Source of the DNA: Candidatus Poribacteria bacterium
Lineage (GTDB): Bacteria; Poribacteria; WGA-4E; WGA-3G
Direction of reading: 5' to 3'
Assembly: GCA_965215265.1 (NCBI GenBank)
Contig: OZ244048.1
Span: forward strand, 64,001 to 128,000
Length of the DNA: 64,000 bases
The notes beneath the pieces were generated by a model. That model made no database searches. It was not told where the DNA came from and saw only the letters and a list, made by a program, of their open reading frames with translations. Shown here in pieces: positions 21,367 through 30,756 of the stretch. The position numbers were made by a program, and so were the translations under genes. Each line of letters begins with the position of its first letter. Position 1 is the first letter of the stretch.

Positions 21367-21445
21367 TTTTTCTCTGTGGGTGCGATTTCCCAATCGCGAT
21401 AGAGTGGAGTTCTGGAAGCGATTGCTCAATCGCGATAGTATGCTC

Positions 21446-21940
21446 TTAGTTTCCGTCGAAACGATATCGTTCGCATATCACTTCAATTAAGTTAGTTGTG
21501 GATTTGCCAGGGACATTGAGTCCGACGACAACCTTACCGCCATTTGCCTCAACGGTTTCCTTTTCTACGAGTTGCTCTAATTTGTAATCGCCGCCTTTGA
21601 CGTGGATGTTTGGCTTAATCTCGGAGAGCAGTGCAATCGGTGTTAACTCCGGGAAGACGACGACATAATCGACGCATTCCAAGCCGGCGAGCATCTCTGC
21701 ACGTTCTGCCTCCGGCACAAGCGGGCGGGTTTCGCCTTTAAGTTGACGGACCGAACTATCACTGTTCACTGCCACCACGAGCATATCGCCAACCTGGCGG
21801 GCCGCTTGCAAGTATCGGAGGTGCCCCAAGTGAAGTACATCAAAACAACCGTTGGTTGTGACGACTACGTTGCCATCTGCTTTCGCTCGTGCGAGGAGTT
21901 CGGTCAGTTCGTTGCGTTCGTAAATTTTTTTGCGTAACAT
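21446..21940 (-). CDS. rfaE2: D-glycero-beta-D-manno-heptose 1-phosphate adenylyltransferase (RfaE domain II)
   Basis: TNGCFDVLHLGH, NSDSSVRQLKG..RP, VKGGDY, STT. Confidence 0.9.
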   Translation of the reverse strand: MLRKKIYERNELTELLARAKADGNVVVTTNGCFDVLHLGHLRYLQAARQVGDMLVVAVNSDSSVRQLKGETRPLVPEAERAEMLAGLECVDYVVVFPELTPIALLSEIKPNIHVKGGDYKLEQLVEKETVEANGGKVVVGLNVPGKSTTNLIEVICERYRFDGN

Positions 21941-22316
21941 GATGGTATGATACCAACAATCTGTTCTATGGGAGCAATCTGTGCACTTATCGCTTCCATA
22001 GATAGAAAATGTATTCTGGTATTAGTTTAGCATGCTTTGAATTGTTTAGCAAGTTGAAGCGAAAATTGCTTCATAAGGATAGTGCTGCTCTAATCCTAAA
22101 TCTCCAGAATCACCTGATTGCACAAATCCTGTTTTTCTGCTATAATCAACTTGATTAATTGCTAGAAAACCTCAAGTGAGATTGAAAATCCAACACACAC
22201 CAAGCTAAACGGGTTGGCGCATGGAATTGCATCTACGGGAAAATGTTCCCTAAGTCGTTCGGACAAACCCCCTTCACAATCGCTTGCCCGAATTGGAGAA
22301 AATCAAGGAGAAATCA

Positions 22317-23495
22317 ATGAAGAAAAATAGGGCATCTTCGCATCGTGTGCTACCTATTTGCAACCTTGGTGCCCCGGGACACGGTAAAACAACGTTGACT
22401 GCGGCAATTGCGAAAGTGGTTGCACGAATTGGGGCGATTCAGACAGAAATAGATGGCAGCTTTGCGACGCAGCCCCCGGTGCACCAGCCGATTCGTGAAG
22501 GCGTTGGCATAACTTACCGCGCCATCGACTATGAAACGAGTGGTAAATTTTATAAGCAGATTGATTGTGAAAAGCCCCTGGATGTTGTAAAAATGTTAAT
22601 TAGTGGTTCTCCAAGGATCCAGGGTGCGATTTGGGTGGTAAACGCCGTTGATGGAGTCACCCCGGATTCCGCGGCGCATCTTCGCCTTGCAAGTGACATC
22701 CGTCTACCTACAGTGATCCCGTTTCTCAATACTGGTGGCATTCCTCAAGAGGATGAGCTGTTAAACATATGCGAATTGGAGATGTGCGAGCTGCTCAATG
22801 AGTCGGGATGGATAGAATATGCAGCGGGAGCTGAGCAGACAGCAGCCGTGATTATCGGTGATGCACAGAGCGCGTTAACCTATAAAGGTGAGAAGCTTAA
22901 TTCTGTCCAATGGAAACCGATTGTTGACCTGGTCTTTGCGCTGAATCGGTGGATGCCTGAACCTGTGAACGTTACGCAATTGCCCCTGATAATGCCGATT
23001 TATGGGATTATAGAAGAGACGCGCGATAGCGTAACGGTGCACGGTGAAATTGTTCAGGGGCATCTTGCTGTCGGACAAGCGGTTGATATTGTCGGAAAAG
23101 GCGATCGAATCAAGACACGGTGCCTCGGCATAACAGACAACGAAGTCCACGTTGAGGCTGAACCGGGTTGGCTGTCTGTCGGGCAGGTGCTTTGCACGCC
23201 TAAGACTGTCAAATCGCATGCTGCTTTCTCTGCGATTATCTATCTGCTGACCCAAGAAGAGAGCGGCACCCATATTCCATTAATCGATAAGGACAGGCCG
23301 GATATTCATTTGTGGGGTGTTGATATGCCAACCCATCTACAGCTGCCAGCGGACCTCTCAATTATGACACCGGGAACTTATGCAAGCGTCACCATGAGAC
23401 TTGATTTACCTTTAGTGATCGAAGTCGGGACGCGGTTTGAGGTAAAAAAGATGGGGGCTAGAGTCGGTATCGGTATTGTGACGGGGTTGGATTGA
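22317..23495 (+). CDS. Highly divergent EF-Tu paralogue (probable pseudo-GTPase)
   Basis: GAPGHGKTTLTAAI, YET..KFYKQIDC, GAIWVVNAVDG, GQVL, YLLTQEESG.H.P, MTPG, GTRF..VGIGIV align colinearly with EF-Tu domains 1-3; AAGGAG RBS before ATG 22317. Confidence 0.85.
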   Translation: MKKNRASSHRVLPICNLGAPGHGKTTLTAAIAKVVARIGAIQTEIDGSFATQPPVHQPIREGVGITYRAIDYETSGKFYKQIDCEKPLDVVKMLISGSPRIQGAIWVVNAVDGVTPDSAAHLRLASDIRLPTVIPFLNTGGIPQEDELLNICELEMCELLNESGWIEYAAGAEQTAAVIIGDAQSALTYKGEKLNSVQWKPIVDLVFALNRWMPEPVNVTQLPLIMPIYGIIEETRDSVTVHGEIVQGHLAVGQAVDIVGKGDRIKTRCLGITDNEVHVEAEPGWLSVGQVLCTPKTVKSHAAFSAIIYLLTQEESGTHIPLIDKDRPDIHLWGVDMPTHLQLPADLSIMTPGTYASVTMRLDLPLVIEVGTRFEVKKMGARVGIGIVTGLD

Positions 23496-23551
23496 TTTGC
23501 TGCATTTATCTATCAGACTATGCAGACATCTGAAGTAGATGCTAACGGATG

Positions 23552-24259
23552 CTATTTGGCGGTAGCTATAGCATCCTCAAGGAAGAGCGCACCTGTGTAT
23601 AGCGCGCGTCCTATAATTGCTCCACTGGTCCTGATACTCTTGAGTGCGGCTATGTCCTCGATAGTCGTGATACCCCCGGAAGCAATGACATCGGCTGGGA
23701 TAGTGTTAACGATGTCCGCTGTTGCCTCTACATTCGGCCCCTTCAGCATCCCGTCACTCTTAATGTCTGTATAGATAACCGTCTGAACATCTTCCATCTG
23801 TTTTGCGAATTCGACAGCGGATTTTTGAGAGACTTCCAACCAACCGTGTGTTGCAACCATGCCGTCTTTCGCATCAATGCCGACGGCGATGCTTTGGCCG
23901 TAAAGGTCGCAAGCCTGTTTTACCAATTCTGGTTGCTTGAGTGCCGCTGTCCCTAAAATTGTTCGGTGAACGCCGAGTCCTAAAACGGCTTCTACCTGTT
24001 CTAAAGTTCGAATGCCGCCCCCAAGTTGTACGGGTATGTCTAGTACAGAGACAATCTCTCTGACAATATCAAGATTAGCCGATACGCCTCGAAACGCGCC
24101 GTCGAGGTCAACAAGATGGAGATATTCTGCGCCTTCCGACTGCCACTTTTCTGCCATTTCCACAGGTGCGTCTGAGAAGATTGTCTCGTGTTCTGCTATG
24201 CCTTGCACCAAGTTAACACACTTTCCGTCTCGTAGATCGATGGCTGGTAAAATTAACAT
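23552..24259 (-). CDS. hisA: ProFAR isomerase HisA
   Basis: ILPAIDLRDGKCV, LHLVDLDGA, QLGGGIR, YTDIKSDGML.GPN, IASGG. Confidence 0.95.
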   Translation of the reverse strand: MLILPAIDLRDGKCVNLVQGIAEHETIFSDAPVEMAEKWQSEGAEYLHLVDLDGAFRGVSANLDIVREIVSVLDIPVQLGGGIRTLEQVEAVLGLGVHRTILGTAALKQPELVKQACDLYGQSIAVGIDAKDGMVATHGWLEVSQKSAVEFAKQMEDVQTVIYTDIKSDGMLKGPNVEATADIVNTIPADVIASGGITTIEDIAALKSIRTSGAIIGRALYTGALFLEDAIATAK

Positions 24260-24269
24260 TATATTCCCT

Positions 24270-25166
24270 TTATTCGTCCCGAAAGATACCGAGTAGTTTC
24301 AATTGGACAATAGAGATGATGGCAATGATGAAAAACAGTACCCATCCGATTGTCGCGGCGTAGCCGAGACGCATGAATTGGAACCCGTTTTTATAGAGAT
24401 ACATCACGATAGTTGAACCTGCATCGGCAGGTTCGCCGCCGTTTGTTAGAATGTACGGCAAGTCAAAGAGTTGGAGGGAACCTATCATTGACACGACGAA
24501 TACGAAAGCGATAACCGGCCGCAAGGAGGGCAGCGTGATGTGCAGGAATGCCTGCCACCAATTTGCGCCGTCTACTGCTGCCGCTTCATAAAGTTCTTGG
24601 CGAATTCCTTGTAAACCGGCCAAAAAATAGATCATGTTGAATCCTGCCCATTGCCAAACGCCTGTTAGAATAACTGCGGGCATCACGTAGTTTTCCTCGT
24701 TCAGCCAGCCGATCTCACGTCCAAAGAGGATTAATTCCTTGTTCACTAGTCCGGCGCGCTGATCGTAGACAAGGTTGAAGATAATCGCCACGAACACCCC
24801 TGCGACCAGCACTGGTGCGAAAAAGGCTAGGCGTAGGAAATTCTTACCTTTGACGAATTTTGCGTTGAGCAAAATTGCGAGTAAGAGGGCGATCGGCAGC
24901 TGGAGTGTGAGTGTACCGAGTGCGAAATAAGCAGTATTCCTGAGGGATTTCCAGAAAATCGGGTCGCGGAAGAGATCTGTAAAGTTTCCGATTCCGACAA
25001 AGATGCGGCTTTGGAAACCGCGCATCTCATAAAGGCTCATCACAAGTGACGAAATGAGGGGGTAGCCCATAAATAGCAAGAAGAGCAGATAAAATGGGGC
25101 AATAAAAAGATAGGGTGCGATTTTCTGTTGTTGTTGCCAGAACCGGTATGAACGCGTTGTTTTCAT
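24270..25166 (-). CDS. Carbohydrate ABC transporter permease
   Basis: PYLFIAP, EAA loop LYEAAAVDGA, G.AATIG. Confidence 0.92.
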   Translation of the reverse strand: MKTTRSYRFWQQQQKIAPYLFIAPFYLLFLLFMGYPLISSLVMSLYEMRGFQSRIFVGIGNFTDLFRDPIFWKSLRNTAYFALGTLTLQLPIALLLAILLNAKFVKGKNFLRLAFFAPVLVAGVFVAIIFNLVYDQRAGLVNKELILFGREIGWLNEENYVMPAVILTGVWQWAGFNMIYFLAGLQGIRQELYEAAAVDGANWWQAFLHITLPSLRPVIAFVFVVSMIGSLQLFDLPYILTNGGEPADAGSTIVMYLYKNGFQFMRLGYAATIGWVLFFIIAIISIVQLKLLGIFRDE

Positions 25167-25172
25167 GGGCTG

Positions 25173-26534
25173 CTACATCTCCCCCCAACGCCCAAGGTCT
25201 TTAGCGATCAGTTCACGCACCTTGTGGGCGAGTTCTGTCAGTGCTTGGCGTGGTGTCTGTTTTTGGGTAACTGCTGCAAAAATTGCGTCGTTGAGAAAGT
25301 CTGCGCCTTCTGCCCAGTATGGGTTCTGATAGCGCTTGGGTAAATCGGGTGCCAATTGGATAAACAGTTCGCCAAGCGGTTGTCCGCCTAAGTAAGGGTC
25401 TGGTTCCTTGAAAATAGGTGCGTCCCATGCTGCTTTGAGCGGTGGAATAATCCGCGTTGTCTCGTATCGGTTGATTAAGCCGGCCCGGTCAAAATAGGTA
25501 AATTTGAGAAGTTCCCATGCCCGGTCCGGATTTTTGCACTGTGTCGTGATGCCGATCATGGTTCCCCCGCGCGTCGTTGTCCGTCTACTCCCCGGTTCCC
25601 ATGCAGGGATTCCTATTGCTTTCCATTTACCTTCCATTTGTGGAACCTGGCTTTTTAGAATCCCCACGTACCAGTCAGGGGCTAGAATAGAGAGTATCTC
25701 CCCGTCCTGCATTGCGGCGAAGTTGCTCGGATCGCCGTGCCAGGTGCCGTAAACGGATGTAGCGATTTTATGCTCATTAAACAGTGAGACAAAAAATTCT
25801 AGCGTCTCAATTGCTAATTCGCTGTCAATGATGACATTACCTTCTTGATCAAAAAATCCGCCTCCCTGTTGGAGCAAGAGTGAAAAATAGTCACTTTCCG
25901 TGCGTCTATCCAACACAATAGCGTACTGATCGATCGTACCATCGCCATCTAAATCGCGTGTGGCTTTTTTGCCTGCTTCAATAAAGTCAGCCCAGGTTTC
26001 TATTTCAGCCATCTCAACGCCAGCTGCTTTAAAGAGGTCATCACGGTAGAGGAGTACGACAGGATGCAAGTCGTGTGGGATACCGAAGATGCGTCCGCGG
26101 TATGACCAAGGGGTAAACCGAGTGACGACTAATTTTTCCATCCAGTCTTCGTTTTCTAGGCGTGGTCGAAGGTCAACAAATCCGACTTCGTCTATAGCGC
26201 CCTTAAGAAACCTTCCGATAGAGGTAATCTCTACCTCAACGAGATCTGGTGCGCCGAAATTAGACAACATGGCGGTGAGTAGTTTGTCGTGCATAGTGCC
26301 GCCGAAATTGATGAGTTGTACGTTAACCCCGGGGTTCTGTGCCTCAAAAATTGGCACGCGCGCCTGATATTCTTCATAATGGGTATTGGCGAAAATCCAA
26401 AATTCCAGATTTTCGCCTTGCTCTTCGGAACGGGCAAAAATGAAAATCGTAGAGATCAGGAACAGGATTAGCATCACCATCGGTCCTTTACCGAGTGGAA
26501 AACTTTCCCCATCAACACCAAAGATTTGCTTCAC
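25173..26534 (-). CDS. Carbohydrate ABC transporter substrate-binding protein
   Basis: FEAQNPGVNV, GAPDL, GRIFGIP, LLYRDDLFKAAG, TWADF. Confidence 0.88.
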   Translation of the reverse strand: MKQIFGVDGESFPLGKGPMVMLILFLISTIFIFARSEEQGENLEFWIFANTHYEEYQARVPIFEAQNPGVNVQLINFGGTMHDKLLTAMLSNFGAPDLVEVEITSIGRFLKGAIDEVGFVDLRPRLENEDWMEKLVVTRFTPWSYRGRIFGIPHDLHPVVLLYRDDLFKAAGVEMAEIETWADFIEAGKKATRDLDGDGTIDQYAIVLDRRTESDYFSLLLQQGGGFFDQEGNVIIDSELAIETLEFFVSLFNEHKIATSVYGTWHGDPSNFAAMQDGEILSILAPDWYVGILKSQVPQMEGKWKAIGIPAWEPGSRRTTTRGGTMIGITTQCKNPDRAWELLKFTYFDRAGLINRYETTRIIPPLKAAWDAPIFKEPDPYLGGQPLGELFIQLAPDLPKRYQNPYWAEGADFLNDAIFAAVTQKQTPRQALTELAHKVRELIAKDLGRWGEM

Positions 26535-26739
26535 TAGAAACCTCCAGAAATTTGGTGCATTAGCAAAAACTGCTAGGACTAAGCAAACGAAAGAATTGAA
26601 ACACAGCCGCAGCCCAGAGAAAATAGAATTTTACTTGACATTTACTCTTAGAACAGTTACAATTTATCAGAAAGAATCATTTTTAGCAACAAATACTTTG
26701 GCTTTTGCCTAATTTGTTGTAAATGGAGGATGATGCTAT

Positions 26740-27039
26740 ATGCCAACCTATGACTACAAATGTCTGACATGTGATGTCCAATTTGAGCGATTTCAAGGCA
26801 TAACTGAACCCGCAATTGAAGAATGCCCTGAGTGTAGTGGGCAAGTGAAACGCTTAATCGGTGCCGGAGCAGGTCTTATCTTCAAAGGTTCCGGGTTTTA
26901 TATTACTGACTACCGGAGTGAGGGGTATAAAGAATCCGCGAAAAAGGATAAAGATACGTCGAGCGCTAAGCGCAAAACGGACAAAAAAGCCAAGAAAACA
27001 GATAGCAGTAGTACTACAACAAGCAAAGCGGCAGACTAA
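26740..27039 (+). CDS. FmdB-family zinc ribbon protein
   Basis: MPTYDYKCLTC...CPEC...FKGSGFYITDYR. Confidence 0.92.
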   Translation: MPTYDYKCLTCDVQFERFQGITEPAIEECPECSGQVKRLIGAGAGLIFKGSGFYITDYRSEGYKESAKKDKDTSSAKRKTDKKAKKTDSSSTTTSKAAD

Positions 27040-27063
27040 CCGCTTGGAAACCGTGGGGGAGCG

Positions 27064-28005
27064 GTGCACAGCCATAATCACGAACACCATCAGGGCAAAA
27101 CGTACGGACATAGTCACCAAACGCATCTTCAAAAGAAGTTTAAAATTGCGGTGCTTGTTACGTTTTGTGTCTTTATTGGAGAAGTTGTTGGCGGCATCTG
27201 GTCAGGGAGTTTAGCGTTATTAAGTGATGCAGCGCACGTTATGTCAGATGTTGCATCGCTTCTTATCAGTTGGCTAGCAATCTATTTATCAACTCGTCCT
27301 GCGACTCCGTCTAGAACCTACGGTTATCATCGTGCAGAAGTCTTGGCGGCACTTATCAACGGTGTATCGCTCATCGGAATTTCGGGTTGGATTTTTTACG
27401 AGGCATACCAAAGGTACCTATTCCCTGGGACTATTAAAGTTAATGGTATGCTGATTGTTGCATGCCTCGGTTTTGTTGCAAACCTCATTATTTTGTGGCA
27501 ATTGCACGGTGAGAGTCCGGGCAATCTTAATGTCCGGAGTGCTGTGCTTCACGTGATAGGTGATGCGCTTTCTTCTGTTGCGGTTGTCATAGGTGGCGTG
27601 GTTATCTATTGGACAGGGTGGTCCCTGGTTGATGTGATACTCAGCTGCCTGATTGGCGGGATTATTTTGATCAGTGCGGTAAACGTCACGAAAGAAGCAG
27701 TGCATATTTTGCTTGAAAATTCGCCACGGAATGTGGATGCACAGATTGTCGCCGAGCAGATCTGTCGTCTGGAGCCAGTTGAAGCGATTCATGACATCCA
27801 CATCTGGTCTTTGTGTTCTAACTATTGCGCACTGAGTGCTCATGTTGTCGTTGACGAGAACAGTCCGTTATCCTCGCACGAAATTCTTGGACAGATTAAT
27901 TCTGTATTGCAGACGCATTTCGGCATCAACCATACAACCCTTCAGCTGGAGCATGTCGCGTGTAAACAAGGCGGCAATCTGCTTTGCAACGCACAGCATC
28001 ATTGA
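27064..28005 (+). CDS. Cation diffusion facilitator (CzcD/ZitB-like)
   Basis: His-rich N-terminus, SLALLSDAAHVMSD, TYGYHRAEVLAAL, LHVIGD, HDIHIW, HTTLQLE. Confidence 0.93.
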   Translation: MHSHNHEHHQGKTYGHSHQTHLQKKFKIAVLVTFCVFIGEVVGGIWSGSLALLSDAAHVMSDVASLLISWLAIYLSTRPATPSRTYGYHRAEVLAALINGVSLIGISGWIFYEAYQRYLFPGTIKVNGMLIVACLGFVANLIILWQLHGESPGNLNVRSAVLHVIGDALSSVAVVIGGVVIYWTGWSLVDVILSCLIGGIILISAVNVTKEAVHILLENSPRNVDAQIVAEQICRLEPVEAIHDIHIWSLCSNYCALSAHVVVDENSPLSSHEILGQINSVLQTHFGINHTTLQLEHVACKQGGNLLCNAQHH

Positions 28006-28043
28006 GGCTCGGAATTAAAAAGCGTGCTGCCCGCAGAAACGGC

Positions 28044-28586
28044 CTAACTATGATATACTTTCAAGCGGTGCACTTTACGAATTAGATCTGCGTCCTTCGC
28101 GAACCTTTGAGTCGCCTTCACAAGTCCTTCTATGTGCGATGCGATATCCTTTTCAACCTGAACAATGCGTGCCATTAAGTACGGCTGATCGCTCTGCTGA
28201 ATCGCTTTTCGTATTATGGAGAGCAGGTACATATAAAGGGTATCTGCTTCGCTGCCTTCAATCGCAATGGCGATAGCGAATGCATCATCTAGTGAAAGCT
28301 GCCCGCTATTCACTATCTGTTCATGTCTATTCAGTGCATCCGTAATTTGTTGAATTGGGATATCTTGTAATTCTGTTACTTGCGAATTGAGCCCACAGGT
28401 TTGAGCGCATAAAGAACGTCCGAAATCTACGAGCATGTAGTGCTGCCACTCTTCTGTGCTCATCCGTTCCCAAAACCGTGCGATGCGTTCATCAATGTTC
28501 CCTAAAAGTAATGAGAAGGATGCGTATATTTTCGCGTGACGTAGCTCAATGTCTTGGCAAATATTAAAGAGTTCTCCTAATGTCAA
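28044..28586 (-). CDS. Ferritin-like / rubrerythrin-family protein
   Basis: IELRHAKIY, EEWQH, AIAIEGSE, EKDIASH di-iron-type spacing. Confidence 0.6.
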   Translation of the reverse strand: MTLGELFNICQDIELRHAKIYASFSLLLGNIDERIARFWERMSTEEWQHYMLVDFGRSLCAQTCGLNSQVTELQDIPIQQITDALNRHEQIVNSGQLSLDDAFAIAIAIEGSEADTLYMYLLSIIRKAIQQSDQPYLMARIVQVEKDIASHIEGLVKATQRFAKDADLIRKVHRLKVYHS

Positions 28587-28700
28587 TGTTTCACCTTCTA
28601 TTTTTTCTTACTTCTTACATGGTAGCGATAAGGCTTTCTTCTAGTGACCCTCCGCGTATCCAATAAGTGGAATACTTTTTTAATTCTTATATTGTAATGT

Positions 28701-29732
28701 CTATAGTGGCAAGGCAATTGCTCTACCGGCTAGCATGCTGCGTGTCACAGCTTCCGTAAATTCCATATATTTCACGCCGGTCTCAAAATCGGTATGCGTA
28801 ATAATTTCTATGCCGCGGATAGCGTTTACAAATTCCGCTTCTACACGCCACGCCCCTGCCTCTGCGTCGGGAATTTCAATTTCGCAGAGTCTTTCATCGC
28901 CTTTTTGCCCACCGAAGAGCCGATTAGCTGAAAAACGGAGGGTTCCTTCGCTACCGAAGATAAACACCTCGGGTGTGCCGGCTAGTCCTGTAACATTAGA
29001 AACCTGCATGTGGAGTTGCGCGCCGCATGCCAAGTCTCCGACCACATCAATATGTTCTGGAATCCGGACTGCGTGCATAATTCCATCAGCGTCAGGACGC
29101 ATTTTGACAAAGGTTTTGCCGATTGCGCTGATACGCGTGGCTTCGCCTAACCAACGCATGAGTGCCTCGTACCAGATGCCCATGCTCATGATATTCAATC
29201 CGCTCAGGTCAAAATCTTGTCGCCATTGGAGGGGTGCCTCCCTGTCGAGAAAAGCGCCGCCGGCGCGTACGTCAACGACAAGCATCTCGCCGACATAGCC
29301 TTCAGCGATAAGCCGTTTTATCGTATTGTCGACGCGTAACGTCATAGGCGAGGGTACGATCTGTGCGACGAGGTCCGTTTTCTGACGTGCCGCGTTCCGC
29401 ATGGTATGCGCCTCTCTTGCATTCATCGCCATGCGTGCTTCACACATGACGTGCTTATCCGCTGCGAGTGCCGCGACGGTTGCGCGGCAGTGGATGTAGG
29501 GCCATGTTCCGATAACAATTGCATTCGTATCGGTATCGGCGATAGCATTTTGCCAATTGCCGTAGGTTTTAGGAATTCCGAATTCATCTGCGACGCGTCG
29601 TGAGGATTCCTCACTGCGATTGCATACGCCGATAATCTCAACGCCATTGATTGCTTGTAGTCCAGGGATGTGCCGCGAGCGGGTATTATTCCCTGCCCCG
29701 ATAACTCCAACTCGGATTGTTTCTTGTACCAT
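28701..29732 (-). CDS. Gfo/Idh/MocA family oxidoreductase
   Basis: RVGVIGAG, HIPGL, KHVMCEARMA. Confidence 0.9.
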   Translation of the reverse strand: MVQETIRVGVIGAGNNTRSRHIPGLQAINGVEIIGVCNRSEESSRRVADEFGIPKTYGNWQNAIADTDTNAIVIGTWPYIHCRATVAALAADKHVMCEARMAMNAREAHTMRNAARQKTDLVAQIVPSPMTLRVDNTIKRLIAEGYVGEMLVVDVRAGGAFLDREAPLQWRQDFDLSGLNIMSMGIWYEALMRWLGEATRISAIGKTFVKMRPDADGIMHAVRIPEHIDVVGDLACGAQLHMQVSNVTGLAGTPEVFIFGSEGTLRFSANRLFGGQKGDERLCEIEIPDAEAGAWRVEAEFVNAIRGIEIITHTDFETGVKYMEFTEAVTRSMLAGRAIALPL

Positions 29733-29922
29733 ATTCTCTGCTGCCTCCGTTTTTTGTGTATCAATAATCATTTTAACAGAAACGTAGGGAAGGTGTCAAG
29801 GTGTAATTTGATGTGCGAATTTATGGAAGGGCAATTCGTTGCTTGTTCAGCAAATTTGACTGATAATAAACATAATTATATGGTTGAATGATGGAGAAAA
29901 TTTAGTATGTCTACCGGAAAAT

Positions 29923-30753
29923 TTACCACATCACCGTGCCATCGCAATTGATGTCTTGACCGGTCATGTTAGCGGCATCGTCCGATGCAAGAAAGGATGC
30001 GAGGGCAGCAGCATCCTCGCATCCGGCACCTTTATCACTATACCCTTCATCAGTGCACCACCTGCCAGCGAGAACGCGTTTCGGATTTGACTGTGTAAGG
30101 CGTGTCCGAACTACTTCCTCATCAAAAGGCTTGTTCATGTATTCAGCTCTTCCGCGTGCGAGTTCGACGCTTCTCTCTTCATGCCAGCCCGGGCAGATAG
30201 CATTCACGGTAATGTTGTAACGTCCTACGTCGGCAGCAAGTGTTCTTGTGAAACCGATAACTCCCATTTTGGAAGTGGCATAAGGTGCTCTGTGGGAAAG
30301 CGGTTGCTTTCCTGTGCCGGAGCTAAAATTTATGATTCTCCCGTAACGCTTGCGTATCATTTCAGGCAAAACTGCCTTAGAGCAGAGAAAGAGGGAATCG
30401 AGGTTTACCTCAAGGGTACGCCTCCATTCTGACAACGTCATGTCCCAAATGTCTTTAGTCGGTCCGGCGATTCCGACAACGTTGGCAAGTATATCGACAG
30501 TGCCAAAATTTTCGATCGTTGCTGCAACCATTTCGTTGACAGATTCCTCTTGCGAAACATCGGTCTCAAAACAGTGCACATTTCCGCCGGCTGCCCTAAT
30601 TGTGGTTCCGACTTTCGCTTCTAATTCCTGCACGGAGATAATATCACAGAGTGCGACGGCTGCGCCTTCTTTGGCGAATCGTCGTGCCACGGCTTCGGCA
30701 TGTCCTCTACCCGCCCCGGTTATAATTGCGACTTTATGCTCTAACTGTCCCAT
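29923..30753 (-). CDS. SDR family oxidoreductase
   Basis: ITGAGRG, YATSK, NAICPG, TGQDI. Confidence 0.92.
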   Translation of the reverse strand: MGQLEHKVAIITGAGRGHAEAVARRFAKEGAAVALCDIISVQELEAKVGTTIRAAGGNVHCFETDVSQEESVNEMVAATIENFGTVDILANVVGIAGPTKDIWDMTLSEWRRTLEVNLDSLFLCSKAVLPEMIRKRYGRIINFSSGTGKQPLSHRAPYATSKMGVIGFTRTLAADVGRYNITVNAICPGWHEERSVELARGRAEYMNKPFDEEVVRTRLTQSNPKRVLAGRWCTDEGYSDKGAGCEDAAALASFLASDDAANMTGQDINCDGTVMW

Positions 30754-30756
30754 TTT

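Noticed and set aside
21391-21438. Direct repeat CAATCGCGATAG x2 upstream of GH88
   Set aside because: Short, two copies, no cognate regulator nearby; cannot support an operator call
22214-22231. Sigma54 promoter TTGGCGCATGGAATTGCA upstream of the EF-Tu paralogue
   Set aside because: GG-to-GC spacing is 11 nt rather than the required 10
22317-23495. Calling the gene tuf or selB
   Set aside because: Key G3/G4 motifs are lost and there is no SelB C-terminal domain, so no gene symbol was assigned
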